Virus record (IMG/VR): IMGVR_UViG_3300045988_177920
Coordinates: 30,051 to 94,050 of that record
Strand: one strand, 5' to 3'
Length of the DNA stretch: 64,000 nt
Source: a virus
Part shown: positions 24,829 to 34,366 of the stretch, one piece after another
Layout: each line of letters begins with the position of its first letter
Position numbering within the stretch: position 1 is the first letter of the stretch
Made by a program: the position numbers and the translations under genes
The notes under the pieces: generated by a model
Databases searched by the model: none
What the model saw: only the letters and a program-made list of their open reading frames with translations
Told to the model about the DNA's origin: nothing

Positions 24829-24831
24829 TTG

Positions 24832-25353
24832 TTACATTTTTATCCATTCCCAGAATATCTTATACTTATTTCTCTTAGAATAAGCAATTAAACTAGAAAA
24901 GTCCATTACATATGAATATTTAATCAGAAAATCATTACCTAAAATACCGTGAATACTGGCACCTTCAGAATTTTTAATAGCTTTAAATGTATTATCCAAA
25001 GCAGGGGATATTATCAATGTAGTTATATACGTAGCATTTTTATAAGTAAAATTTAAATCTATTTTACCTACAGAAAGTGCTATTCCTCCAGCTCCATATA
25101 CTTGAGTATTTGTCTCATATTTATCCAAATGCAGTTTTTCAAAAGCTTCTTTACTTATATGAGATTCATTACTTCCGGTATCTAAGATAAAATTTAATTT
25201 ATGCCCATCAGACTCTAAAGTTATTATGGGTAATCCTACAAGATTCAATGATTCTTGTAAAGATATAAAGTTTAGCCTTTTATATGCAATAAACTTTATT
25301 AATAGAATTATAAATAGTGCTGCCAAACAGCCGATTATAGCCCATAATATCAT
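24832..25353 (-). CDS. Membrane-anchored retropepsin-like aspartic protease
   Basis: N-terminal TM helix ILWAIIGCLAALFIILLIKFI, followed by FILDTGSN (the D-T/S-G signature) and GILGNDFL (the retropepsin I-L-G-x-D-F-L block). Confidence 0.7.
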   Translation of the reverse strand: MILWAIIGCLAALFIILLIKFIAYKRLNFISLQESLNLVGLPIITLESDGHKLNFILDTGSNESHISKEAFEKLHLDKYETNTQVYGAGGIALSVGKIDLNFTYKNATYITTLIISPALDNTFKAIKNSEGASIHGILGNDFLIKYSYVMDFSSLIAYSKRNKYKIFWEWIKM

Positions 25354-25880
25354 ACTCCAGTGCTTCCAAAGCCTCCTCTATTAATGTTTTCTAAATCTTG
25401 AACTTCTTCTATTTTAATACCATTAGTAAATAACCATTTTAGTTTTTGCCAAATATTAGCTTTTTGGCTAAGCTGTATTCTGAACTGACATACTCTTGCA
25501 CCTTCAGGAATAGTGGTTTCAGCTAAAGCAATGAGTGGCAATTTCCATTCGTCTCCATTGCCATTATAGCTATTATCTATAATGCCTATAGAATTAGCTT
25601 GTATCAATCCATATTTATGAAGACTACTTCTAGGTACTAATACAGCTTCAAATCCTGCAGGCAATTTTATTGCCACACCAAGGGGTACAAGTTTCTTAGA
25701 GAATTTTACATCTCTATATGCAGTTGTTACTCCATTAACTGTTTTACGTTTTAATGTTTCCGATTGAGGGGCTTTAAAATACACCTCACATGCAGCAGCA
25801 AGATCTACCCAATCTCCCTTTTTAATATCTCTAGGCATATAAGTATTGCCTATCTTTTTAATTTTAATCTTTAGTTTCAT
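25350..25880 (-). CDS. dut: dUTPase
   Basis: IGIIDNSYNG (motif 3) and RGGFGSTG (motif 5) are present. The stop overlaps the protease ATG (ATGA). Confidence 0.85.
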   Translation of the reverse strand: MKLKIKIKKIGNTYMPRDIKKGDWVDLAAACEVYFKAPQSETLKRKTVNGVTTAYRDVKFSKKLVPLGVAIKLPAGFEAVLVPRSSLHKYGLIQANSIGIIDNSYNGNGDEWKLPLIALAETTIPEGARVCQFRIQLSQKANIWQKLKWLFTNGIKIEEVQDLENINRGGFGSTGV

Positions 25881-26055
25881 CGTTAAATCCTATTACTTTA
25901 GTGTCTAATTTAGTTAATGAATGAATGATATTTTTATTAGTTGTATATGTTTTATTAACATATACTGTTATACCAAAAATTATTAGTTTAATTATACATA
26001 CTGCATATTCATTTTCTAAATATTCTTTCTGAATTTTTTTAATCATGCTTTCCAA
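25864..26055 (-). CDS. Hypothetical small membrane protein
   Basis: Track ORF with a hydrophobic core, AVCIIKLIIFGITVYV. Confidence 0.45.
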   Translation of the reverse strand: MESMIKKIQKEYLENEYAVCIIKLIIFGITVYVNKTYTTNKNIIHSLTKLDTKVIGFNDETKD

Positions 26056-26519
26056 AATTTATGTGTAATGTCTATTAGTTTATCTTTACCACTAGATGTA
26101 TGTACTACTTTATACATTTTTTGATTTGTAGTTTTCTTATTAAGAGGTCCTAAATTCTCTTTATATGAACCTATTTTAACATAATCAAAAAAACATAGAT
26201 GCACGTCTTTACTTAATACATCATTACCACTGTACCATCCAACTTTTAAATTGGGATAATATTTCTTAATATCCTGTGCAATATTATCTACTTCACTTGG
26301 GAATTTATCGCCCCCCATAATACAAACACAAGTAATGCCTTTATTAGCATTAATAAGTTCTGTTAAATGCTGTAAATCAAGGAGCTCTCCTATATCTTCT
26401 GTTAAATGAGGCGAGTGGCAATTTATGCATCTATTAGGGCATCCTGTTATATTAATACATAATGTAACTTCATCAGGTATTTCACTGAATGTTATCTGTG
26501 TCTCTAGATATTTTAGCAT
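26043..26519 (-). CDS. nrdG: Anaerobic ribonucleotide reductase activating enzyme (radical SAM)
   Basis: CPNRCINCH is a CxxxCxxC cluster near the N-terminus. The size and the position next to nrdD fit. Confidence 0.85.
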   Translation of the reverse strand: MLKYLETQITFSEIPDEVTLCINITGCPNRCINCHSPHLTEDIGELLDLQHLTELINANKGITCVCIMGGDKFPSEVDNIAQDIKKYYPNLKVGWYSGNDVLSKDVHLCFFDYVKIGSYKENLGPLNKKTTNQKMYKVVHTSSGKDKLIDITHKFWKA

Positions 26520-26579
26520 ATACTCTAATTTTTTGTTCCTCTTGTCTTCCTTTAGACCAGTTGTTAATTTTTGTTAAAT
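26482..26579 (-). CDS. nrdD: nrdD exon 2 (C-terminal 32 codons)
   Basis: After splicing, T (27527) + AT (26579-26578) gives Tyr. The text then reads LTKINNWSKGRQEEQKIRVYAKISRDTDNIQ, with TGA at 26482-26484. This restores RVIGY plus the NxGKxxE...RV tail typical of NrdD. Confidence 0.75.
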
Positions 26580-27526
26580 CATTTATACTCAGACTTTCAT
26601 CTTATTTCTAAAATATTTTTGTATGACTATTTTTTGTTCATCAGTTAAAGATTTAATGCACTCATGCAATTCTTGAGTATTACATATTAACGTATCTTTC
26701 ATAAATATAGTTTCAAATAGATATCTATAATATGCTGCCTCTTCTTTTGTTTTTGTTTGGGGACTATAATACTTTTTACCATTATAGCAAAATTCACAAT
26801 GCCAAGGTTTATTGGGCCTGTTTGGATTATAATATAAGCCCTTTATACCACTTTTGTTATCTCTTAAAGTATTATATAACTGTTCTTGTCTAGAGGCAAA
26901 TCGTAAATTTTTCTTACAGTTATTATGGGTATTTCTGTCTATATGGTCTATTTCACAATTAGGATCCCCCATAATTAATCTGTGAAAATAAATAGTATGG
27001 CCTGTTACTAAATAGGGCATATTATTTCTGCCTTTATAAACAGTTCTCCATTTTTTACTACTAAGATACTTAACATCTTCAATATCTAGTGTATATGTCT
27101 CTATGATATTTCCATATTGATCGTAAGTATCTATTTCTGCATAAGTGTCTAAAATTCTTATTTCATTATCATCCCATACAGTTCTTTGATTATGGTCTTT
27201 TACTTCACCAAATCTTCTAAACTGTTGATAATGTTTAGAACATAATTGTAGTTTTATACTACCATACTTGTCTATAATTTTACCACAAGCACTACAATAA
27301 TTAATTTTTTTCATACATATAAATATTTGAGATTAGACTATACCTTTATCCTAAATAGGATACCTCTTGGTAGTCGTTGGGGGCTTTCTCTAAAGAGACT
27401 ATCCCTGCTGATTATCCATTGTTACATCTTTAAAATTTTTACACTTTGGTATTTAAAGCTTTAGGAACTTCCAGCATATTCGAGGTTTGCTATAAATATT
27501 ACTATTTATAGGGGCATTTAATGTTT
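26580..27526 (-). mobile_element. Group I self-splicing intron (947 nt) in nrdD with a 3'-located HNH ORF
   Basis: The 5' exon ends in U (27527) and can pair GGGU with intron GCCC (P1 with a U-G wobble). The intron ends in G (26580). The four conserved elements occur in order on the minus strand: P AATATGCTGGAAG (27467-27479), Q AATCAGCAGG (27403-27412), R CAACGACTACC (27368-27378), S AAGGTATAGTCTAA (27332-27345). Confidence 0.8.
26589..27314 (-). CDS. HNH homing endonuclease with AP2-like DNA-binding domain (intron-encoded)
   Basis: EIDHIDRNTHNNCKKNLR is an HNH core. KPWHCEFCYNGKKYYSPQTKTKEEAAYYY is AP2-like. The ORF starts just after intron element S. Confidence 0.85.
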   Translation of the reverse strand: MKKINYCSACGKIIDKYGSIKLQLCSKHYQQFRRFGEVKDHNQRTVWDDNEIRILDTYAEIDTYDQYGNIIETYTLDIEDVKYLSSKKWRTVYKGRNNMPYLVTGHTIYFHRLIMGDPNCEIDHIDRNTHNNCKKNLRFASRQEQLYNTLRDNKSGIKGLYYNPNRPNKPWHCEFCYNGKKYYSPQTKTKEEAAYYRYLFETIFMKDTLICNTQELHECIKSLTDEQKIVIQKYFRNKMKV

Positions 27527-29573
27527 ACCCGATTACCCTGTCCCATAAACTAATTTTAGTAGAACCACATTTAGGACATTTAGTAATGGGGTTCTTTGTT
27601 ATATATCCACAATCTTCACATTCTGCATTAGGAACATTAAAAGTAAAGTATTTACACTTTTGTTTAGCTGCAAAATTAAGTAATTGTTCATATTGCTTAA
27701 TAGATAAATGAGCATCTAGATTTAAATGCGCAGCAGATCCTCCATCAAGTTTATTAGATGCAAATTGTTCACTATGTAGAATTATTTTATCCAATATAGA
27801 GATATTTGCATCATTAGGTTTAAAAATATAACTAGCATATAAGTTAGTATCTTCTGGCACCCAGTATCCGTCTTTTTTATCTCTATTATAAAGCTTTATA
27901 GCAGCTGATTCAGCAGGAACTTGTTCAGTATTAAACCTTTCGTGTTTAGTTCTGTGCTTTTTATTTTCCTCACTAATAGTACTGAATATCAAAGAGCAGA
28001 ACTCTTTATATTTAATGTTATTATTACACTCTATTCCTAGAAATTCTGCAGCTTGATTTAGACCGTTAATGCCTATTGTTAAATATTGTTTATCCAAATC
28101 TATAAATCCTGCATTATATGCAGCATAAAGATTATTATCTTTTGCCCAATGAAGTAAAGCATTATAAGCTCTATGATACTTATAAACATCTTTTAATACC
28201 TTTCTAAGATAATTAGAAAGAGACTCTTGCCAATTAATAGATGTTACACAGCTGCCTTTCCAGTCTTGAATAATTCTATTTAAATCTAAAGTTATAACTT
28301 GTTTAGAACCTGTCATAACTCCTATTTGACCATTAGTTGTACTAAAAGTATTCTCTTGTACAGCATTCTGTAATCGGCAACAACTACTAAGACTATCTAC
28401 ACTTTCTGATAAATAAGTAAAGAAAGAGTTACCTTCTGAATATTCCTTACAAATAAATTTAAAGGCATCTGAATCTTTTAATGTATTATTTTCTATCAAA
28501 CATGCGTAACTACATACAGGAAAAGTAAGTATACATTTAAGTCTTTCTTGATTTAACCAATGAAGATACCTTTGTTGTAGCCAATTAGTGGATTCCCATA
28601 CAGGTTTTGTTTTATCTGGAAATAAAAACTCTCCAAACATTCCTTCAAAGAAGTATTTATCAAAGAATGAGAAGTTTACAAAAGGAGATTGCATTCCTCT
28701 AGAGCCTGCTATTTGATTTATACTATAGGTAACTTGTTGAAAATATTGATCTATTTGAGAGCCTATAGTTTTATGTCTGTTACAGTAATCAGAAGAGATA
28801 ACAGCATCACTTTTTAAGTAATATTCTTCTCCCCACTCTTTCCTACAAAAATAGTCCATGTACATAATAAATTCAGGTGTTGCCACTGCTCCTTTTACTT
28901 CTGAAGCCAATGCAAACACAAGATTTACATATATACCACAAAAAGAATCTATATTTCTTGGTACTGCTGATTTACCTCCTAAATCTTTAAGACCATTTAA
29001 TAAGAAGGGATACATAGATACTGCCATACAATATGGCATAAGTACTTGAGATGAGGAATCATGTGCATAAAGAATGGTATTAAAATCTTTACGCATCTTT
29101 TTAATAGATACTTCTGGAAATAGCTTCTTTACTGCCATTTCCCATAAGTACATATTAGTGTTTTTATTAGCAGTTTTATGTATTTCTGCATTTAAAACCC
29201 CTATACCTTTAGTTCCTACATTAGAATTATCGTCTATAGTAGCATTAGCAGTATTATCAGATTTAACAAAATTCTGTATAAACTCCCACATGTTCTGCGC
29301 CTGATCTCTAATATTCTTATGAGCTTCTCTATATATAATATATGATTTAGCAACATCATAAGGTGCAAGATCTATAAGTATCTTTTCAACTTTGTCCTGT
29401 ATAGTTTCAACACTTATGACTTCCCCATGAACATTAATAATGCCTTTAAGACTTAATAATACATCACTCCCAACAGTTTTACCCTGAGATTTATATGCAG
29501 CTTCTACTGCAGATATAATTTTATTAGGGTTAAACATTTCAAGAGTTCCATCTCTTTTTAATACCTTCATCAC
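27527..29573 (-). CDS. nrdD: Anaerobic ribonucleoside-triphosphate reductase NrdD, exon 1
   Basis: N-terminal ATP-cone (VLKRDGTLEMFNPNKI). C-terminal Zn ribbon CEDCGY ... CPKCG. The track ORF stops at RVIG followed by TAA, which is inside the glycyl-radical motif RVxGY. Confidence 0.9.
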
Positions 29574-30619
29574 CAGTTATTTACTCTATTAATCCATTTT
29601 ACTATATTATTCGGTCTATCTTCATAGATATCTTTAGGTACTTTAGGTTTTGATTCCAGATAGTCATGGAGTTCTTCACCTATAACAAAAGGATCTCTCA
29701 TTTTAATATCAAAACCTGCACCATATATCAATTCTCCTCCAGCTTGTGTATCAGTAAATTCCCAAACCAAAGGCGTTAATGTTTTCCTATTAACTACTAT
29801 AAATCTATAATTTGCAAGTTGGAAGTCTTTAAAATATTCATCTTCATCCATATTGGCTCTTAATAATCTCCAGTACAGACGTGATTGTAAATCATATCTC
29901 CAAGTGGCAAAACTTTTATAAAACTCCCATTCAGGTTTACCAGATGTTTTCAAATCTATTGGAATAATTAGTTTTTTATCATGATCAACTATTATCAGAT
30001 CCATCATTCCTCTATATTCAATATTATTGAATATGTGTTTAAACTTCAACTGATAAAGTTGTTCGATATCACCAAAAGGATTGTCTATAAAATATTGACT
30101 TGTAGAAGGACTTTCTTTTAAAGCATTTACAGCACTTATAACATCTTGATATATATCTTGAGATAGTATAGTTTTGTCTTGAGCTATATATAAAAGTTTA
30201 TAGTATTCTTCCCCCTTCTCCTTAATTACCTTAATTCTGGTTTCAGGCTTCCAATTTTGCTGATAGTTATGACTGTCTATAATAGGCAATAAAACATTAT
30301 TAGGAATTTCCTCTAAAGAAGTATATTGATTTTTATACACCTCAAAAGCATGTTTTACTATAGATATTATAGAGTCAGGAATACTTGGAAATTCCGCTAC
30401 CATAAATCTGGCGTTAAATTCTTCTTCCCCTCCTGTTATAATACTATCTACAGCAGAACCAAATGTTAAAGAAGGAGTGTCTATGTTATCAAATAAACTA
30501 TCAAGTTTATTAAATCCTTCTCTTTCAAACTTTGCTAAAGTTGAATAGGATAAAGCAGGGTCTTTTCTATAAGTATCCTCTGATACATCCCAGCTAATTT
30601 CTTTTAATGATTTAATCAT
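29570..30619 (-). CDS. PD-(D/E)XK (RecB/Cas4-like) exonuclease
   Basis: MMDLIIVD ... IPIDLKTSGK ... DLQSRLYW fits the D / DxK / QxxxY pattern. Confidence 0.7.
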   Translation of the reverse strand: MIKSLKEISWDVSEDTYRKDPALSYSTLAKFEREGFNKLDSLFDNIDTPSLTFGSAVDSIITGGEEEFNARFMVAEFPSIPDSIISIVKHAFEVYKNQYTSLEEIPNNVLLPIIDSHNYQQNWKPETRIKVIKEKGEEYYKLLYIAQDKTILSQDIYQDVISAVNALKESPSTSQYFIDNPFGDIEQLYQLKFKHIFNNIEYRGMMDLIIVDHDKKLIIPIDLKTSGKPEWEFYKSFATWRYDLQSRLYWRLLRANMDEDEYFKDFQLANYRFIVVNRKTLTPLVWEFTDTQAGGELIYGAGFDIKMRDPFVIGEELHDYLESKPKVPKDIYEDRPNNIVKWINRVNNW

Positions 30620-30842
30620 CTATATCTATATATGAAATGTACTCTATTAATGCGTAACGCAAATTTTCTAAATCTTCAACAGCAGCTTCCTGTTTAAAAT
30701 AATCTTCTTCAGTATCACCAAAGGTTTTTCTGAGTTTATATATATCGGATTCTACAATTTCCAGAATATCTTGAAATCTTCGATTTTCCAAATATTTACT
30801 ACAAATTTTAAAATCCTTTTCAGGAAGTGCCGGAAGTAACAT
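30612..30842 (-). CDS. Hypothetical protein
   Basis: Intact track ORF, overlapping both neighbours by a few nt. Confidence 0.55.
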   Translation of the reverse strand: MLLPALPEKDFKICSKYLENRRFQDILEIVESDIYKLRKTFGDTEEDYFKQEAAVEDLENLRYALIEYISYIDIDD

Positions 30843-31368
30843 TCTTATCTAATGAAGTGGTTGCATATTCTTTTATTATTTCTATTGCTTGTAATAGTTG
30901 TTTTTTAGTATAAATTTCAAAGTACATAGAGGGAGTTTTAATTGTATTTAAGTACCTAAGAAACAGTTTCTTTTTTATAGGAAATACATCATTTTCAAAC
31001 CCCTTGGATTCTATATAAATATCTATTCCATTATATTTAAAATAAAAATCAGGAGTGTATCTGATACCTTGAAATTTATTTGATTTTTTAACTAACTTTC
31101 TTGCAGAACTATCTCCTAATTCTCTTCTTTTCTTTAATTGGTTATCCGTTTCTTTATCATAATAAGGAGTTTTAGCTTCAAAAGCATCAATTAAAGTGAA
31201 AGTTTTAGGCTCATATTTCGGCTTAAACCCCAACTGTTGAAGAGTGTTATAAACACTCTTTTCTAGTTGGGATTTAAACGTAATATTTTTCTGCTTAGTT
31301 ATTGTGGCGTTCCTGATTTTTTTATTCATCAGGGAACATTTCTTTATAAAAAGGTTCAAGTGCCTCAA
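30820..31368 (-). CDS. T7 endonuclease I-like Holliday junction resolvase
   Basis: RYTPDFYFKYNGIDIYIESKGF ... KKK matches the phage endonuclease I core (YTPDF ... E-x-KG). The likely true start is MNKKIRN at 31329. Confidence 0.7.
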   Translation of the reverse strand: MRHLNLFIKKCSLMNKKIRNATITKQKNITFKSQLEKSVYNTLQQLGFKPKYEPKTFTLIDAFEAKTPYYDKETDNQLKKRRELGDSSARKLVKKSNKFQGIRYTPDFYFKYNGIDIYIESKGFENDVFPIKKKLFLRYLNTIKTPSMYFEIYTKKQLLQAIEIIKEYATTSLDKNVTSGTS

Positions 31369-31816
31369 TGGCTAATTTAGCATCTTCTTCAGATCTAAAT
31401 AATGCTATATTAGAGTACTTTCCATGTTCAGTGGAGGTTATCTCACATATAGTACCATCAAACAGGCTTATACAATAAAGTTTAGGACTTTTTAATATAT
31501 GATCCTCATACTTCTTATCCAGATCTATTGCTATTTGTTTAAGCACTAAAGAGAAGGTAATTGCAATATTAACTTCTTTTAGTTTATCTAGAACTCCAAG
31601 AAGTTTTTCAGGCTTCCATTTAAGTTTAGCAGCTAAATTGTCAATTGCTGTACTTAAAAGTCCTAAAGAAGAAGGCTTTTTATTGAGTTTTTTATCAATA
31701 TACTCACTTGCCTTTTGCGGATTAACTATTACATCAAAAAGAAAGTCTTCAAATTCTTCTTTTGTAAAAGTTATTTTAGAAATTGTAGTTTCCATAATAA
31801 AATTAATTTTATGCAA
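31322..31816 (-). CDS. Hypothetical protein
   Basis: Intact track ORF. Confidence 0.6.
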   Translation of the reverse strand: MHKINFIMETTISKITFTKEEFEDFLFDVIVNPQKASEYIDKKLNKKPSSLGLLSTAIDNLAAKLKWKPEKLLGVLDKLKEVNIAITFSLVLKQIAIDLDKKYEDHILKSPKLYCISLFDGTICEITSTEHGKYSNIALFRSEEDAKLAIEALEPFYKEMFPDE

Positions 31817-31845
31817 AGGTAATAAATAATTTTTAATTACAGATA

Positions 31846-32436
31846 TTATTGTTTATTTATTATAAGACTCCAATATGCTTCTTTTGTTAGTTCTATATTA
31901 TTAGGTTTAATAACTAATCTATTGATTCTCAAAGGATCTAATAGTCTAATTTCCATTGTTTGTTCAAATAATACCGGAATTATTTTTTTAGATAGGAAAT
32001 TATTAAATATATTATCATTATTTACATATGCATTATTTATAAATATAACTGATACATCATTTCCTTGCAATCTAGCAAATAGGGTATCAGTAGTTATATA
32101 AGTTAATAATATAGGTTCAAACTCATTATTGAATATACAGCCACATCCTATATAATAAATCTTATTTCGAATACTAAAACGTGATATTTGATTTCCACAA
32201 GATTTTAATAATGCTTCGCAAGGATTTGCAACAGAACAGACTCCATTTCTAATTATATTTAATGAGACTGCCCTAACTCCATTTTCAATCTTTCTTGCAA
32301 ACCGATATAATAATCTAGGAAAGCAATCAATGTTATATATCAATGAAGCAGAGTAATCAATATTTGATTTTTCTACTAAACGAGGGTTAGTAATAAATCT
32401 TGTTATGGCATTTCTTGTTTTGGCGGATATTTTCAT
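31846..32436 (-). CDS. Hypothetical protein translationally coupled to the E1-like gene
   Basis: Intact track ORF. Its ATG overlaps the stop of 32433-33242 (ATGA). Cys-rich, with no motif recognised. Confidence 0.6.
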   Translation of the reverse strand: MKISAKTRNAITRFITNPRLVEKSNIDYSASLIYNIDCFPRLLYRFARKIENGVRAVSLNIIRNGVCSVANPCEALLKSCGNQISRFSIRNKIYYIGCGCIFNNEFEPILLTYITTDTLFARLQGNDVSVIFINNAYVNNDNIFNNFLSKKIIPVLFEQTMEIRLLDPLRINRLVIKPNNIELTKEAYWSLIINKQ

Positions 32437-33242
32437 ACTTCAGTTTTTAATAACATTGTTGTAGCATCATAAGAAATCTTAAAAGGAAGACATCTAAAAT
32501 CTCCTGAAACTATGTTAGCTATATGATTTACAAATAAATTAGTAATTAATGAAGCAATCATACTTGCACAAAAAGATGTTTGTTTGTATGAACAAGGAGC
32601 TTCTTCTACTGCATTATCACTGAATAAGTAATGTTCTTTATATTTAAATGCTGCATCCGCATTTTCTCCTGTTATACAGAAAATCTGAAAGTCCTCAGCA
32701 TTTAATCTACCATCTATAAATATAGATTCTGCATCTCTTTTATTGTTTTTATACCATGCTTCAAATATCTCTTTACGAGATGCCATATTATCAAATCCAC
32801 ATATGATATTTCTTAGAGTTTCCGTACTTATTGTTGTGTCTGAAGTTAATCTGGAAATATTACTATATGCTCTATAAAAGTCACTAAACGCATTTATCGT
32901 ATTAATACAAGAATATACTTTAGAATCTCCTATATTGTTTTTATTAAATAATTGCCCTGCTAAATTAACCTCTTCAACATTATCATTGTCATATAGTCTA
33001 ATCTTATAAGGATTTAGCCTTGAAATTAATAAAGAAGTCCAAGAACCAATACCTCCACATCCTGCTATAGTAACAGTAGTTTGCTGAATTTTATTAAACC
33101 ATTCTGCATCATTAAAACGTACTGTATTTAATTTTACCAATAAAGATTCAGAGTTTTCTTGCAGTTCGGCATTTTCATCTTGTTCTATACTATCTATAGC
33201 AGCATTTATTTCTGCCATAAGTTCATTACTTATTCCATCCAT
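32433..33242 (-). CDS. E1-like (ThiF/MoeB family) adenylyltransferase
   Basis: TVTIAGCGGIGSW is a GxGxxG Rossmann loop. It is followed by RLYDNDNVEEVNLAGQ (compare DxDxVexsNLxRQ) and a PCSYKQTSFCASMIASL segment. Confidence 0.75.
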   Translation of the reverse strand: MDGISNELMAEINAAIDSIEQDENAELQENSESLLVKLNTVRFNDAEWFNKIQQTTVTIAGCGGIGSWTSLLISRLNPYKIRLYDNDNVEEVNLAGQLFNKNNIGDSKVYSCINTINAFSDFYRAYSNISRLTSDTTISTETLRNIICGFDNMASRKEIFEAWYKNNKRDAESIFIDGRLNAEDFQIFCITGENADAAFKYKEHYLFSDNAVEEAPCSYKQTSFCASMIASLITNLFVNHIANIVSGDFRCLPFKISYDATTMLLKTEV

Positions 33243-34366
33243 AATAAAAGACTGTTTAGTATTATTTTAATATATTTGTTAGATGTATATTTTGATAATT
33301 CTTGATATAAAGCATTTGCTAAATTTCTACCCTCATCTATTCTGAAAAATCCTTCTCCATCAGTATATTCTGAAAACAGTACTTCAAGAAGACTATCTAT
33401 CCACATATTAAATGTTTCTAGATCTTTAAATCTTTTATCATAAATAGCTTCCATTTTAGGAACCCATTCATAAAGATTTAGATTGGTATTATTGGCAGAA
33501 AGAATGCTTCCTGTTATAATTTGTCTAAGTATTGTTTGTACTTGTTTATTATCTATATGAATATTTTTAGGAAATTCCGAATAGTCTGCTGTGGCAAATT
33601 TATCATTAATACTTTTATCAGCTTCTGAATAAGGACTTTCAGGCATAAAAGTTTTTGAATAATAAAATGAATTATTTACCCAATCTGGTTGTATCATCAA
33701 CTTTTCTTGCTTCTTCAGCTCTTCTTGCCTCTTTAATTCCCTTTGTTTCTTCTCTTCTTCAATCTGTGCTATTCTAGCATCAATTTCAGAGTAATCTATA
33801 TCTTCTTTAATTATTTCCATTTTACTATATTTTATATTAATAGATTCTTCAGTATATTCTTTATCTTTAGAAACTTCTTTACCATTAAATGTCTTATACT
33901 TTATAGTTTCTTTAATAATTTTATTAGAAACACACTTTCTTGTTATAAATGCACTGTATGTACCTGCATTATTAACAATTAAAGATACAAAATGTATTCT
34001 TTCATTGCCTTCTTCTTTTAGAGTATTTATGTCCGTACCACTGGGACAAGTAGCCATGTGATTATGAGAATGGATTAACGCTTGTTCACATTCAAATAAA
34101 TCATTCATTGCAATATAATGAGCAATATCAGGAGATGTATTAAATTCGGTATATGCAGAAGAACCTATATCCATTAAGAAAATGTCTGTACATATAACTT
34201 TTAATCCTTCTTCATAAGTACCCAATGTTTTATAAAATAAAATCCCTGACCATTCAATGTCAGGTATTTTACTACATAAATATTTTATTTTATTCTCTAC
34301 CGTACTATTAATGATTAAGTATGGTGAGCATTGGTGTTCTTGCGTAATCTTCACTTGCTGTTCCAT
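33230..34366 (-). CDS. JAB/MPN (JAMM) metalloisopeptidase with extended C-terminal region
   Basis: HSHNHMATCPSGTD is an exact HxHx7Sx2D JAMM motif. An upstream Glu lies in DIEWSGILFY. A central charged coiled segment (EEEKKQRELKRQEELKKQ) follows. Confidence 0.75.
   Translation of the reverse strand: MEQQVKITQEHQCSPYLIINSTVENKIKYLCSKIPDIEWSGILFYKTLGTYEEGLKVICTDIFLMDIGSSAYTEFNTSPDIAHYIAMNDLFECEQALIHSHNHMATCPSGTDINTLKEEGNERIHFVSLIVNNAGTYSAFITRKCVSNKIIKETIKYKTFNGKEVSKDKEYTEESINIKYSKMEIIKEDIDYSEIDARIAQIEEEKKQRELKRQEELKKQEKLMIQPDWVNNSFYYSKTFMPESPYSEADKSINDKFATADYSEFPKNIHIDNKQVQTILRQIITGSILSANNTNLNLYEWVPKMEAIYDKRFKDLETFNMWIDSLLEVLFSEYTDGEGFFRIDEGRNLANALYQELSKYTSNKYIKIILNSLLLWME

Noticed and set aside
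27525-27527. NrdD as a C-terminally truncated pseudogene ending at RVIG-TAA.
   Set aside because: The missing tail is encoded 947 nt downstream, and the spacer has the group I P/Q/R/S elements, a U-G splice-site pair, a terminal G and a homing endonuclease.
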